DNA of 63,661 nucleotides, filler included, from Octopus bimaculoides (taxonomy: Eukaryota), in the NCBI RefSeq assembly GCF_001194135.2. It is 6 parts of 5 records of this genome, joined end to end, with 100 filler letters (N's around TTAATTAATTAA, not from the genome) between each part and the next. Parts side by side here need not be neighbours in the genome. Positions count along the whole stretch, not along the records: positions 30,414 to 57,130 come from NC_068985.1; 5 more parts are not named here. One strand, given 5' to 3'. Positions 36,590-49,459 of this stretch are shown here, piece by piece. The position numbers and the translations under genes were made by a program. Each line of letters opens with the position of its first letter. Position 1 is the stretch's first letter. Below the pieces are notes generated by a model that saw nothing but the letters and a program-made list of their open reading frames with translations, had not been told where the DNA came from and did not search any database.

Positions 36590-37250
36590 GATGTTAATGT
36601 AATGTCAATGTAGTGGTGGTGGTAGTGGAAGTGGTGGTGGTGGTTGTAGTAATGGTGATGATGGTGGTGGTGGCGATAGCGGTGGTTGTGATGGCGGTTG
36701 TAGGGATGGTGATGATGGTGGTGGTGGTGATGGTGGTCATAGTTACAGTGATGATGAGGGTAGTTATAATGGTGATGGTGGTGGTGGTAGAAGTGTTAGT
36801 TGTGACGGTGATGTAACAGTAATGTGTTGTGGAGGCGGTGGTAGTGATGAAATAGTGGTGGTAGTGTTGTAATGGTAGGAGTAGTAGTGGTGACATAAAG
36901 ACAGTGAGGTGATGGTGATAGTGTTGGTAATTGTGATAATAATGGGATAGCAGTGTGATGGTGGCAGTGGAGTTGGCAGTAGTGATGTACTAGCAGTGTA
37001 CTTGGTGATTGTAGTGTTGGTGATACTATGTCATGGTTGTAGTAGTGGTAGCTAAAGTTAAAATGGTGTTAATGGTGGTGGGGTGATGGTGATGATGTAG
37101 TGGTGGTGGTGTAATGATGACAAAAGTGATGATCATAGGAGTTATCAATTGAGAGCTGATGGGAAAAATACTGACAGTAGTGTAGTGTAAGAGAGTGATG
37201 AGGTAGTAACAAGATAGCAGTGGTGGTGATGGTGATGACAATGTAGAGAG
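36590..37250. repeat. Degenerate GGT/GAT/GTA low-complexity tract
   Basis: Direct read; similar tracts at 39860-40200, 42370-42660, 51200-51375 and 52600-52690. Confidence 0.85.
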
Positions 37251-37589
37251 GATTTAGAAGTGGTTGTAGTGTTGTTAAAATTGTTCATGTTGGAAGTAAC
37301 AGCAATGATTGTTCTTGTCATCTGGCTCCAGGTTAGTCTTTATGGAACAGACCAATGAATCAAAGGTATTTCTGCCATGACCATCTTGTCTTGTTTTCAA
37401 GTGTTTGACTACATTGGTCAGTTAGTCAAAGCATCCTTTCTTTTTTTTTAAATACAATTGGGTGTGATTGGAGGGAAGTTTGCTTGCTATTTCTTGCAGC
37501 TTGTTTGATGACAGAGGACTCCTCGTTGATTCATAGCAATGGTGGTGATGAGCCCATCATGTGTTTGGATTGATGTGCCATCGTGCTGT

Positions 37590-37960
37590 AAAAAGATGCC
37601 AACACTCCTCAATCATCAAAGAACTGCTTGTTCCTTCTCTTTGCCATTTTGCACTTGTAGCAATCACATTTCCAATGAAGAATTATATTCATGCCTCTAT
37701 CAGCCCATAGCCTCCTCCTTCATCTGCTGCTTGTGCTGGTATGACATGTCCTCCACCTCCCACTAGATCATCCTACCATGTTCGATGCAGCAGCTGCAGG
37801 CTGGAAGGGGCCCAATGGCAGGCCTCACACCAGATGGCTGGACATGATTTAAGGAAGATTGCGGAGGCTTGATACCATCTTGAAGGAAGTAGAGGTGCTG
37901 GTATGAGATACTGCCAGCAGTGGGAGGCACTAGAGCGGGTGGGGGGAACTATGTACGGTA
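37590..37960 (+). mobile_element. Old RTE-type LINE C-terminal fragment
   Basis: NHISNEELY..CWYDM and GWKGPNGRPHTRWLDMI resemble the RTE pattern ISNEEL..RWYGHV..GRP.TRW.D. Confidence 0.7.
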
Positions 37961-38609
37961 ATACCTCTAGGACCACTAACTTGTGATGATCCCAGCCCCA
38001 TTGAGCAAGAGCAGAGAGAGAACAATGAAGAAAAGAATGAGGCCTAATAGCTGTGCATGAGAAAAAAAAGCATTGAAGCAGCCTTAAGCCTCACTCATCA
38101 TGTAAAATTTATATAAACCCCTCGACACACATCAGCAGGACAGGTGGCAGACCTGATTGCTATGCCAGGTCAAAGTTTAAGGCCCTGGTAGCAGCAATAA
38201 ATGAAGCTGATTTGATCTTCATTCCAAGCTGCCAAAAACTTCATGGTTTAGCAATAGGATTTAACAATAAGATTAAAAATTTAACAATGATGAAAGGGTT
38301 CAAAAGAAAAATAAAAGTAGTTTATCATTCAAGTCCATCATCTGTTTTATTGTTAATAGTCAAAAATGGAACATGGCTGAAAAATGAGATTAATGTTATG
38401 GCCCAATTCTGTCATCTTAGTAATTAGGACAGTTTGTGTACCTGTGTATGGAGAAATAGAGAAAAGGAAGAAAAGAGAGAATGGATATGAGTGTTCTTAG
38501 TCATGGTTGATTCATTAAGTTAGTAGCTGTTTGTTGTTGGAGTGTAGCAGAATGGTCATACAAACCAGTCTAGTTGTTGAGCAATATCTGATACTGAATT
38601 TAGTTTCAC

Positions 38610-38793
38610 TTAACCCTTTAGCCTTTAAACCAGTCAGATCCAGCCTCTTGCACCTATCCTACAATAACATTCTAAAAATGGACAGTCACATCATCAAAAT
38701 CTGAAGGCTACTGGATAATGCTTGATTAGTTCAAAGCAATGTGAATAAATAAGCATTACATTTGACAGGGTAACCTGAATGTTAAAGGGCTAA
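38610..38793. mobile_element. TTAA-flanked MITE (piggyBac-like ends), short variant
   Basis: TTAA-CCCTTTAG ... TTAAAGGG-CTAA. Confidence 0.75.
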
Positions 38794-38974
38794 ATCATCT
38801 TGCTACAGTTCAATATGGAACAATTATCATGTCTTTTTCGAAATAACCGAGTAATCTGAGTGCTAAAGAGTTAATGCATGAACGTGTCTCTCCTCAATCT
38901 GTCCATTCAGTTTTTTCTGACCATACCCGTCCGAGCTCCTGCCTGTTGTTCCTGTTTTATAAGCTGTGATTACT

Positions 38975-39242
38975 TTAATCCTTTAGTATTTAGACCAGTC
39001 ATATTCAGCCAAAATATTCTATCTGTTTTATGTTCAAGCTGGTCATATCTGATCAAAATATTCTGTTTTATGTTCAAATCAACAAGATCTGGCCTCTCAC
39101 ACCTACCTTACAATGTCATTCTAAAAATAAACAACCACATCATTGAACTCTTGATGCAATGAGATAATGCATGATTAATTCAAAACAATGAGAATAAATA
39201 TGCATTACATTTGACAGAGTAATTTAAATAGTAAAGGGTTGA
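38975..39242. mobile_element. TTAA-flanked MITE, long variant of the same family
   Basis: TTAA-TCCTTTAG ... GTAAAGGG-TTGA; shares 'ctacaat..cattctaaaaat' and 'gcattacatttgacag.gtaa' with 38610-38793. Confidence 0.75.
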
Positions 39243-39697
39243 TCAGAACTTGGCTGATTTTCAGTTAACAATTTCTGATTCATTACAGTTTTTGCTGACA
39301 TCAAACAAAGAATTCAATGTGTAGTTGTTACGTGTCATTGGTTAGATTTTTCATGACATCATCATTCAATCTGAAAGTTTCCTGTTTTGTGTTTATGTAG
39401 ATCTAATTGTAAAAACAAACAGTCCCGGTTCAACTTGAAGCAGAGATCTGTTACAAAGACTTAATTTTACTCACAGTAGAATTTCAATTTAATACTGCAA
39501 GTTAACAATTGTCAAATGAGGGAGTCTCTACTTGGTTTCTAAGCTTGCTAGAAATAGCAGCCAAATCTCTTTGAAATTGACCTCTACAAAAAGACAAAAT
39601 GGTTGTTGAACAGATACAAATCTCAGGCTTCACAAAATACAGTTATGGGACTCACTACCACATTACAAACCTTTTTTCAATAATGGTGATGATGGTA

Positions 39698-39840
39698 GGC
39701 GTAAGGCCAGCAATTTGGGGGGAATGGGTAAGTCTATTACATCAACCCCGGGACTTGACTAGTACTTAATTTATCGACCCCAAAAGGATGAGAGGCAAAG
39801 TTGATTTCGGCAGAATTTGAACTCAGAACATAAAGATGGA
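39698..39840 (-). mobile_element. SINE family B, tail type 2
   Basis: Reverse complement of the core plus an 'aaattgctggcctta' tail. Confidence 0.75.
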
Positions 39841-40764
39841 TAAGATAATGGAGAACAGGATAATGATGATAACAAAATAATGCTGATGGCATAAAGATTG
39901 TGATGGTGGTTGTGATGTTGGAGGCTGTGGCAACAGCAATATGGATAATGATGATGATGATGATGATGATGGTGAGTGTGGTGGTGATGGTGTAGATGTG
40001 GTAACTTCAGTAAAGAGGATGATGGTTATGAAAACGATGGGTGTTGGCAGTGGTGGTAGTGGTAATGATGCTGGAGGTGATGATGATTGTTGGAGATTGT
40101 AATGACAACTGTATAGATAATGAAGATTCTAATTATGGAGGTTGTAGCAACCAAAAGCATATGAATGATGAAGATAGTAATAATAATGATGATGCTGATG
40201 ATTTGTTTTACTTTTTCTTTTCTTTTTCTCCATCTTTATTTTCCCATGTTTCTCTCTTCTGTCTGCTTACATTATCCCGTTGTTCAGTTCAGAGATCTTA
40301 ATCTCTCAATCACGTCTTCTTCCATTTCTTCCTATGACATCCAACAATAATCCATGGTAATTCCCATGTCATCTACACAATTACAAATATTTGTCCATCT
40401 GATGCTTATGGTGCTGTTATTGTTGTCGTTATTGTTCTTGTTTTGCTTGTTTAGTTGCTACTATTACTGTTTCCATGCTGTTATTGATGTTTCTCATCTC
40501 ATCTCATCTTCTTCACCCACTTATTCCTGAGAGGGTTGTGAGGCAGAGTCCTCAAGTGTGCCTTTCATTGGGTCCTGTCAGAAGCAACTGTGTCCAATTG
40601 ATCTGCTTGGATCCCCAAGAGAGATCAACCAAACTCATAGATTTTATCCAACCATCTTGTTTGTGATCTACCCTTGGGTCTCCTGCCAATTGATTTTACC
40701 CATAAAACCCATCCAGCAATTCTTTCTTTAAATATTTGGAAATCAAGTCTTAAGAGAAAAATTG

Positions 40765-41200
40765 AGTATAAGAGGTATCAGATGTAGTGTGCAAGAGAGA
40801 AGACTGCACTGATATGGACGAGGACAGTGGCATAAAGAAGTGCCGATCTCTAACTGTGAAGGGAACCTGTGGGAGAGGTAGACCCAGGAAGACATAGGAT
40901 GAGGTGTTGAAACATGAGCTTTGGGTGTTGAGTCTTACAGAGGCAATGACAAGTGACCTAGACTTCTAGCAATTTGCCATGCTCGAGAAGACACATGAAG
41001 CTAAGTTACATCATGGTTGTGGCCAGTGCTGGTGACACATGAAAGGTACCCATGCCAGTGATGCACAAAAGGTACCCATGCCAGTGACACTTAAAAGGCA
41101 TCCAGTACACTCTCTAAAGTGGTTGGTGTTAGGAAGGGCATCCAGCCATTGAAACTAAGTCAAAACAGACTGGAGTCTAGTGCAGTTCTCTGGCAACAAG
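40765..41200 (+). mobile_element. RTE ORF end plus 3' UTR
   Basis: KKCRSLTVKGTCGRGRPRKT*DEVLKH followed by 'gtggttggtgttaggaagggcatccagc', linking the GAT-tailed repeats to this RTE. Confidence 0.85.
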
Positions 41201-42433
41201 GAGCATATTCATTGGTCATTCAACTAGCTAGATGTAGTTACCAAATCTCCTCCAAATTACACCTAACTTCCTTAAAAAAAGATAGGACATATTGGATGCT
41301 GTAATACTAGACACTATGTCTGAAAAAAAAGATTGGATGGTCATGGCCAGAATGTCTTTGGTCATATGTCCACTCATTCAGAACTTAACTAGAGCTAAAA
41401 AAAATACAACAATAGCCACTACTGCAGAAGTCAATGTGGGACCAATAGGTAACTTCTGCCTTGTTTTTTCTTGACCTTTGACTTTCTTAACAGAGTAACC
41501 AAGTCTCTCTCATTCAAGTCAGGAATAAATATCTGAGTTTTTAAATGTAGGATCACATGCGCTTACAATAAGGAAGATAATAATCAAATATTACTTATTT
41601 TATTGCTTAATCAAGAGAGAAGGCAGTGCCCATGACCCTTTACAGGGCCTACAAGACTAGCGAGAAAAAAGAACATATCCTCAGACCAGAGACCAAGCTT
41701 GAATGCTTGTAACAGAGACACCCAAGGACTAGGTGTTGGGGATTAAGTCAATCCTCAAAGTAAACCACAGCAGAATTTGAATGCAAAGAACAAATACTGC
41801 AAGCTATCCCATCTAATTCTCTAATGACTCCACCAGTTTGTTGCTCTTCTCGAATACTTTATTTATTTATTGACACCAGCAGGCTGGAAGACATAGTTGA
41901 CCTCAGCAGGACTCATACTCGGAATGCAAGGAACCAGAAATATATGCTGCAAAGCATTTTGGCTGATGCTTCAACAACACTGAGTCATTGATTGGCCTTC
42001 TTTGAGCAATAATTCTATACGCAGAGTTGATTAAGATCACTCAAAAACAACAGCATTGGGAATAGTATTATATAATATAATGAGCTCATTGTATACAGTG
42101 TTGAGGTGCACTGCATTATATCCTAGTACTTTGCCTTCTCTTCCTACAGTGCCCAGTGTTAACCAAGAACTGTACAAAGAAGTTACAAGCAATAACTGTA
42201 CAGAACCTTACTTTAGGTTAAAATGCATGACAGAGAGGTATGGCTAACAGTAGCAGAAGACAAAAGGAAGATGATGTTATAACTGATGTGTAGTTTCAAT
42301 TGTGTGCAGTTTAGGCTGAAAGCTTCCTGCTGGGCAAAGCTCCAGCAGGAAAGAAGAGGTGCTACTACATCACCACCATCATAACCACCATCAACGCCAA
42401 CATCATCATCATCATCACTGCCACTGCTACCAG

Positions 42434-42465
<32 letters not shown>

Positions 42466-44329
42466 ACAACAACATCAATAGCTGCAGTAAAGGCAACAAA
42501 AGTAACATTATCATCAACATGAACAATAACAACAACTCATCAATAACGTAGCAACAGCAACAATATCAACAACATTAACAACAACAACAATAATATGAAC
42601 AGAAATAATATAAAGATCATCCTCACCATCATCATCATCATCATCATCACTATAAACTACATCAAAAGTCACATCAATAACTAAACTAATAATCTAAAAA
42701 CACTCTTTCCTATATCTAATCACACACATACATGTGCCAGAATATTTCCAGCATTTTTTTTCTCATTATCATCTATTTTTTACTTGTTCCAGACATTTGA
42801 CAGCAGGCATGAAAGGTTTAGTTGAACAGAATTTCATGGCTCCTTACATTTAGTATCCTAGTACCCATTTTACTATTTACCACCATGGATATTTTTGTAA
42901 GATCATTCTTGAAAATTACCACACCACTCAATGTTCATTTTCTAAAATCCTATGTACTTCTCCAGTCATTCTAGATCTTGTAGACTATGTTCAGCTGATA
43001 AAGTCAAATAAGGTTAAAACATGCTTGGAATTATTATCACCATATTGCCGTAGATCAACCTCACTTCTCACTGGATGGTAGACTTAAAGTACTGCCCATT
43101 TTAACTCCATCACCTGTATTCTGGATACTTTTAGTAGAGTCCACTCTGTTGCAAGCAATCAGGGCAGGTTTCTGATTTAAGAATACCTTCCTCCTGACTA
43201 TAAAATGAAAAAAGAAAATGTATTAATCAACTTAAATTTCAAAGTTGTCTCCCCTGCTTTTTTTAACCAGAATTAGTGATTAAAATAATGTTTCTTTTTG
43301 TTGTTGTCTCTACAGATGGCTTACTACATCAAATGTATTTGTGCCCATTTTTTTTTTTCATGCTATTCTGGGTGTTCTCCTAACCTTAATAGCATCACTA
43401 ATTTCAAAAGACAGTGTTAAAATGCACCCAAGGCAGACAACTGTCATATCCCAACCATATCCCCCTTACCTGCAGCTAATTTGGTAACCAGTAGATCTTA
43501 CAGACAGACATACAATAAACACTTACTTATCCTTCAACTCTTTTCTCACTTCATCTTTTTCCTTCTTTCTTCTCACACTACTTCTCCTAACACTTCTTGT
43601 TCACATAGGAAGGTTACTTGGTCTTGTGTTCCTTATCAGTTACTGCCAGTTTTTTTTTTTTAAACTTTGAGGATGTAAAATTTTGCTGTTTCTCATTTAT
43701 TTCTCTCCTGTCAAAATTTCCCTAAAGGAGGACTCTGTCCAAAACATTGGATTTTCAACTCTTCATAGCAAATTCACTGTACCCTTTTTATCAGTTTTAC
43801 TACATAATATAAGTCTTACTGACACAAGACTTCTACCAGTTTCTTTGGAGTCTGTTTGATCATATATTTATGCTGTACTCTACTAAAAAATATATCTATA
43901 AATTTTAGCCAACCCTGTATGTAATAGACAAATGTAAACACTGTGTCTTTTTCTACCATATCTTTGTGGATAGAAATATATGGATCCGCCAGACTAGTCA
44001 TAATACCATGTTGGGTTTTGTTAATGTCTCAGCTCACACTGTATCAGTCCATGAAGATTTTGTTTCTAATCCTAAAATTACTAAGGCATTAATTAAAGTG
44101 GATAGATAAAGAGAGTACTCAGTTGCTGATGAAATCCCAACAGAATATTGACATTTGTCTGGCTTATCCCTGTTTTTCTTAACATGAAGATATATATTTC
44201 TACAAAATATTCACATTCTGTCTATACAGAACCTATTGATAGATGTTGGTTAAACATCTATCAATATGTTTTCAAGTATAGATAGTATAGCATTGAAACA
44301 AAACACTGTTAATACACAAGTAAATTACA

Positions 44330-44625
44330 TAAATACATATACATGCATTATATACATGTGTATATGTCTATGTGTGTATGTCTGAGTCCTTATGTCTGTG
44401 TGAATGTGAGTTTATGTATGTGTATACATCTGTGTGCATATGTGTTTGTGCATGTGTGTGTGTACATCTGGGTGCATATGTGTTTGCGTGTGTACCTGTA
44501 TGCACTTGTGTGTGTATATCTATGTGCACGTTTGTGTGTGTATGTATGTGTTCGTCTGTATGTGAATATCTGTATGCATGTATGCATACGAGTGTGTATA
44601 TGTGTGTGCATGTATCTTTGTGTGT
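44330..44625. repeat. Degenerate (TG)/(TA) tract
   Basis: Direct read. Confidence 0.9.
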
Positions 44626-45009
44626 GTATGAGGTCCAGGCATTATGTTGAGTGCTGTAAGGATATTGTTTTGAAGTTTATTTTCATACACCAGACATTTA
44701 CTCTCTAACATAATTGTCAATTGTTGAACCTTGCTAATTTACTAAAATATTTAACATATTCAGGTCAATCTCATAAAATAGGTGAAGTTTCCTGCCAACT
44801 ATTTACTTCATTCTCTAAATATATATTACCTGTTAGTATGATAGTTATTTGTTTCCATTTTTTTTTATAGTTTTCGTCGTTTCCTTCTCTCTATTATCTC
44901 TATCTACTAACTTCTCTCTTTGATACTAGTTTGTGTACATACGGACATATGTGTGTGTGTGTGTGTTTACACATATATACACACACATACATGCATGTAT
45001 ATTTATAAG

Positions 45010-45180
45010 GTGCAGGTATGGGTGTATGGCTGAGAAGTTTGTTTCTCAACAACATGGTTTTGTGTTCAGTTCCATTGGGTGATGGCACCAAAGGCAACTG
45101 TCTTCTACTGTTGTCCCACAACAATCAAAACCTTGTGATTAGATTTGGTAGATGAAATATGAAAGAAGTCCATCATATAA
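45010..45180 (+). mobile_element. Diverged SINE family A 5' half
   Basis: Head and core recognisable; ends in (AT)n and a gap. Confidence 0.7.
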
Positions 45181-45809
45181 TTATTTATATATATATATAT
45201 NNNNNNNNNNNNNNNNNNNNNNNNNNNNNNNNNNNNNNNNNNNNNNNNNNNNNNNNNNNNNNNNNNNNNNNNNNNNNNNNNNNNNNNATTTTATAATAAA
45301 AAATTTATTAATAATTTAGAGAAGAGTCACCAAAATGCAATCCAAACAATAAAGGAAATCAGACACCATCAAGGAAAACGTGTTCTACAAAATACTAATT
45401 TAAAAATCTATAAAATCTAAAAGAAAAGTTTATAATCCATAAAATCTATAAAATATCAGATTAAAAATTTAATTCAGTTTAGTAAGTTTATAAAAAAGAA
45501 AGTGAATTATCGACTATGCATGTTTCATGGCCACATAATAGCAGAAAAAATCTGTGTAATTTACAATAAATCGATCAAGATAAATTCCACTCAGAATGAA
45601 GTCACTCTTCAGGTCTTATAAATTCAAAAAACGTATCCTACTATTTAAATAATATAAATAGAATAAAATAGGAATAAAGTAGAAATATATGTACGTGTAG
45701 GAAAACTATTATTAGTACAATACATAAAATGTCAAGGCCTTTAACTTGAAAGATTATTATTTTTAAACCTTGACATTTTATGTATTGTACTAATAATAGC
45801 TTTCCTACA

Positions 45810-46507
45810 CATTCATGAGGCCCAACGCTCGAAAGGAACTCAACCAGTTTGCCTCCATGAGGCCCAATGTTCACGGTTAATTTTCTTATGTGTCATCAGC
45901 ACAGTTGCACTTAACTTGATGGGTCCTCTTAAGCAGAGCACATCACCAAAAGTCTCAGTCACTAGTCATTGCCTCTATGAGGTTCATAGTTCAAAGATCA
46001 TGTTTCACCACCTCGTCCCATATCTTCCTGGGTCTACCTCTACCACAGGTTCCCTCCACAGTTAAAGATCGGCACTTCTTTACACAGCTGTCTGCATCTA
46101 TACGCATCAAATGACCATACCAGTGCAGTCACCTCTCTTGCAAACTACATCTTATTCCTCTTATGCCTAACTTTTCTCTCAAGATGCTTGCACTGTTGAA
46201 CATGCACACTGACATTGCACTTCCAGCAAAGCATACTGGCTTCATTTCTTTCATGCCCACGTATGTCCTCGGCTCTTATAGCCCATGTTTCACTGCCATG
46301 CATCATAGCTGTTCACAAACAGGCATCAAACAATCTGCCTTTCACTCTGAGAGACAGGCCCTTTCTTGTCAGTAGGGGTAGGGGCTCTCTGAACTTTGCC
46401 CAACCTAATCTTATTCTCACAACTATGCTCTTGTAACATCCACCTCCACTACTAACCTCGCCTAGATACTGGAAGCTATCTACTACCTCTAGTTTGCCCC
46501 ACTGGCA

Positions 46508-46509
<2 letters not shown>
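45810..46509 (-). mobile_element. 5'-truncated RTE LINE 3' portion
   Basis: KLEVVDSFQYLG..GWAKFREPLPLL..KGRLFDAC; LHWYGHLMR..GRGRPRKIWDEVVKHDL. Confidence 0.9.
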
Positions 46510-46543
<34 letters not shown>

Positions 46544-47073
46544 ATTGAACATTATCTGCTGTTCTGATGCCATTCATTCCAGCTTAGAAGATGGATCTTG
46601 ATTTTATCATCTTTTTGGGACACAAAATGAACAAGGGTGCTCCAATTTGTTGATTGTCAAATTTGTTAAATTATATGTCAGTATTAAGTTCACATAATAT
46701 CAATATAAAAGATATTTATTATATAAAGTTATGTTTGTTGTGAAGAAGAATACTCTGTTTTGTGATTAGTCACCAGTTGTTATTGGGGAAGTGATATTGT
46801 AAGTGAAGTTGTGTTGTAAGTAGCAGAGAAGAAAGTTGTTTTTATTTTTTGAAGTGTCTAATTTTATGTAATGAAATTATTTCTGTAATTCTTTTGCTGT
46901 TTGTTGAACTTAATATTATGGCAGTGAGAAAGAGAGAGAGAGGAAGGAAGGGAGAATCTATGTACTTCAAGGGAGAGAATCACTTTTTCTTTTCTAGTTT
47001 TTCTCTTGGTGGAAGGAAAAAAAGAAGAGCATCCATGTTTTATCATAAGATCCTTTATTATTACCAGAATATC

Positions 47074-47286
47074 AAGATGGCGAGCTGGCAGAATTGTTAG
47101 CATGCTGGGTGAAATGCTTAGCGGTATTTCATCTGCCGTTACGTTCGGAGTTCAAATTCCACCAAGGTCAATTTTGCCTTTCATCCTTTCAGGGTCGATA
47201 AACTAAGTACCAGTTACGCACTGAGGTCGATGTAATCAACTATCCCCTTCTCCCAAATTTCAGGCCTTGTGCCTATAGTAGAAAGG
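47074..47286 (+). mobile_element. Full-length SINE family B, tail type 2, with 17-bp TSD
   Basis: ATTATTACCAGAATATC at 47057-47073 and 47287-47303. Confidence 0.92.
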
Positions 47287-47943
47287 ATTATTACCAGAAT
47301 ATCTCTGTATGCTCACCATGGATTTTTTTCTAATAATTGAAAGTATTTGGGTGGGGAATTTTGTGTGTGTGTGTGTGTGGGTGTGTGTGTCTGCACACAT
47401 GAACGTGCATGTGTGTATGTGAGCATGTACTTGCAAACACATACCACAAAACAAAAAAAAAACATATTCCAAGGTGTCATGAAGTGGAATCAAACTTGGG
47501 AGCACATGGATGCAAAGCAGTCTTTTTTGACCTCATGGTTACACCTGTGTCCTCACTAACAAATTTTGTACCAATATACCAATATAAGAAATCAATATTT
47601 ATTATGGCATTGATCAAAAGATGTTGCTTCAGTTCTCACCAGAGAATTATTTGTTTCTTTCTATTTATACCCTGACAATCTAATATCCACTTTTATATTC
47701 AATAGATCAAAAAATATTCATTGAACACTTTCTGAGTTGTACTTGCTTGGCAAGTGGCTTGATTAGAGATCATCAGTGTTGATTTTTTTTTATGCCTGTT
47801 TCTTCAGTCCTGTTTTAGTTATGTAGGACAAGACTTTTGAGGCAGTGTTTTGCAGTAGCATGTCCTTCTTTAAGGATACCAATCCTTTTAATCACCTCTT
47901 ACAACAATGCAGGGATCTAAGGAGCCTATTCTGAAAATCAAAT

Positions 47944-48157
47944 AACCAGTATACATATGTGCAGGGCTAGACAACCAGGATACATATGCGTAGGGCCAGA
48001 TAACCAGGATACATATGTGCAGGGTTAGGTAACCAGGATACACATATGCAGAGCCATATAATCAGAATACATATATCCAGGGACAGATAACCAGGATGCA
48101 ATGTGTAGTACCTTGTAACCAGGATACATATGTGCAGGGCCAAATAACCAGGATATA
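47944..48157. repeat. 29-bp minisatellite (AACCAGGATACATATGTGCAGGGCYAGAT), ~8 units, resuming after the Tc1 at 49460
   Basis: Unit starts at 47944, 47973, 48002, 48031, 48060, 48089, 48117 and 48146. Confidence 0.9.
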
Positions 48158-49459
48158 TAAAGGGTTTGGACAAAATAATGGAAACACCTAGCATCAGAGC
48201 AACATAATTTTGAAATATCTATAAAACTATCAAAAGCTTGTTTAGTTTTATGTTTTTTTATTTATCATTAGTGTTGCTTAATATGGTTTGCTAAAATTGC
48301 TGTTTCTTTTCAGATATCATCAGAAAAAGGTAATTAAAATTCATTAAATGACAGATCTATCAGACTTTCAAAGAGGTCAAATTGTTGGTGCTTGTATGGC
48401 AGGTGCTAGCATAATGAAACCAGCTGAAATGTTTGATGTAACAAGAAGGACTGTCTCAAAAGTAATTACAGCCTTTGAGAAAGAGGGAAAAACTTCCTCG
48501 TTAAAACAAAACTCCAGAAGAAAACCAAAACTTTCAGATCGGGACTGTCAGACTCTTACGCAAATTGTTAGAAAGGATCACAAAAGTACAGCTCCCAAAA
48601 TTACTGTAGATCTTAATGACCACCTTGAGAACCCAGTTTCCACAAAAACTGTTCGCTAGGAGCTGCACAAAGCCAGATTTCATGAGAGAGTTGCAATCAG
48701 AAAACCACTAATTTCAAAAACAAATGTTGCAAAGCATTTAGAGTGGAGTAAAAACCTACAGAATTGGTCCCTAAAGCAGTGGAAGAATGTTATTTTCTTG
48801 GACAAGTAATCCTTTACCTTATTTCCAACCATCAGCTGAGTATATATGTGGAGACAGCCAAAAGAAGCATTTGACCCAGACTGCCTTCTTCCGACTGTTA
48901 AACATGGAGGAGGATCTGTGATGATCTAGGGGGCTATATCTTGGAAATCCACCGGCCCAATGGTTTCCCTTCATGGCAGAATTAATAGTCAAGACTATTT
49001 AAACATTTTATCTGATCAAATTCATCCGGTGGNNNNNNNNNNNNNNNNNNNNNNNNNNNNNNNNNNNNNNNNNNNNNNNNNNNNNNNNNNNNNNNNNNNN
49101 NNNNNNNNNNNNNNNNNNNNNNNNNNNNNNNNNNNNNNNNNNNNNNNNNNNCATTCTAGTGAAGTTGAACATCTTACCTGGCCACCATAGTCCCCAGATC
49201 TCAATATTATTGAACATTTATGATGCATTTTAGAAAAACAAGTAAGGAGTCGATATCCTCCACCATCATCACTACAGAGCTGGAGACTGTTTTAGCTGAA
49301 GAATGGACAAAAATTCCTTTGGAAACAGTTCAAACTTTGTACGAGTCCATACCTCGTAGAATTCAAGCTGTAATTACTGCTAAAGGCAGTCCTACCCCAT
49401 ATTAAAATAAATTTGCTTGAAATTTTAAGGTGTTTCCATTATTTTGTCCAACCCCTGTA
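48158..49459 (+). mobile_element. Full-length defective Tc1 element (~1.3 kb)
   Basis: 30-bp TIRs 48160-48189 / 49428-49457 (28/30), TA TSD. Transposase MTDLSDFQRGQIVGA (48348) to ..KGSPTPY* (49405) with several premature stops; N gap inside. Confidence 0.95.

Noticed and set aside
43660-43760. Sacsin-like motif (FGQSPPL..ILK) in the minus-strand frame
   Set aside because: Only a few residues match from memory, the intervening sequence is dissimilar and contains stops, and no downstream motif follows.
47944-48157. CRISPR-like array (also considered for 23579-23797)
   Set aside because: Head-to-tail units with no unique spacers, no cas genes, and a eukaryotic context.
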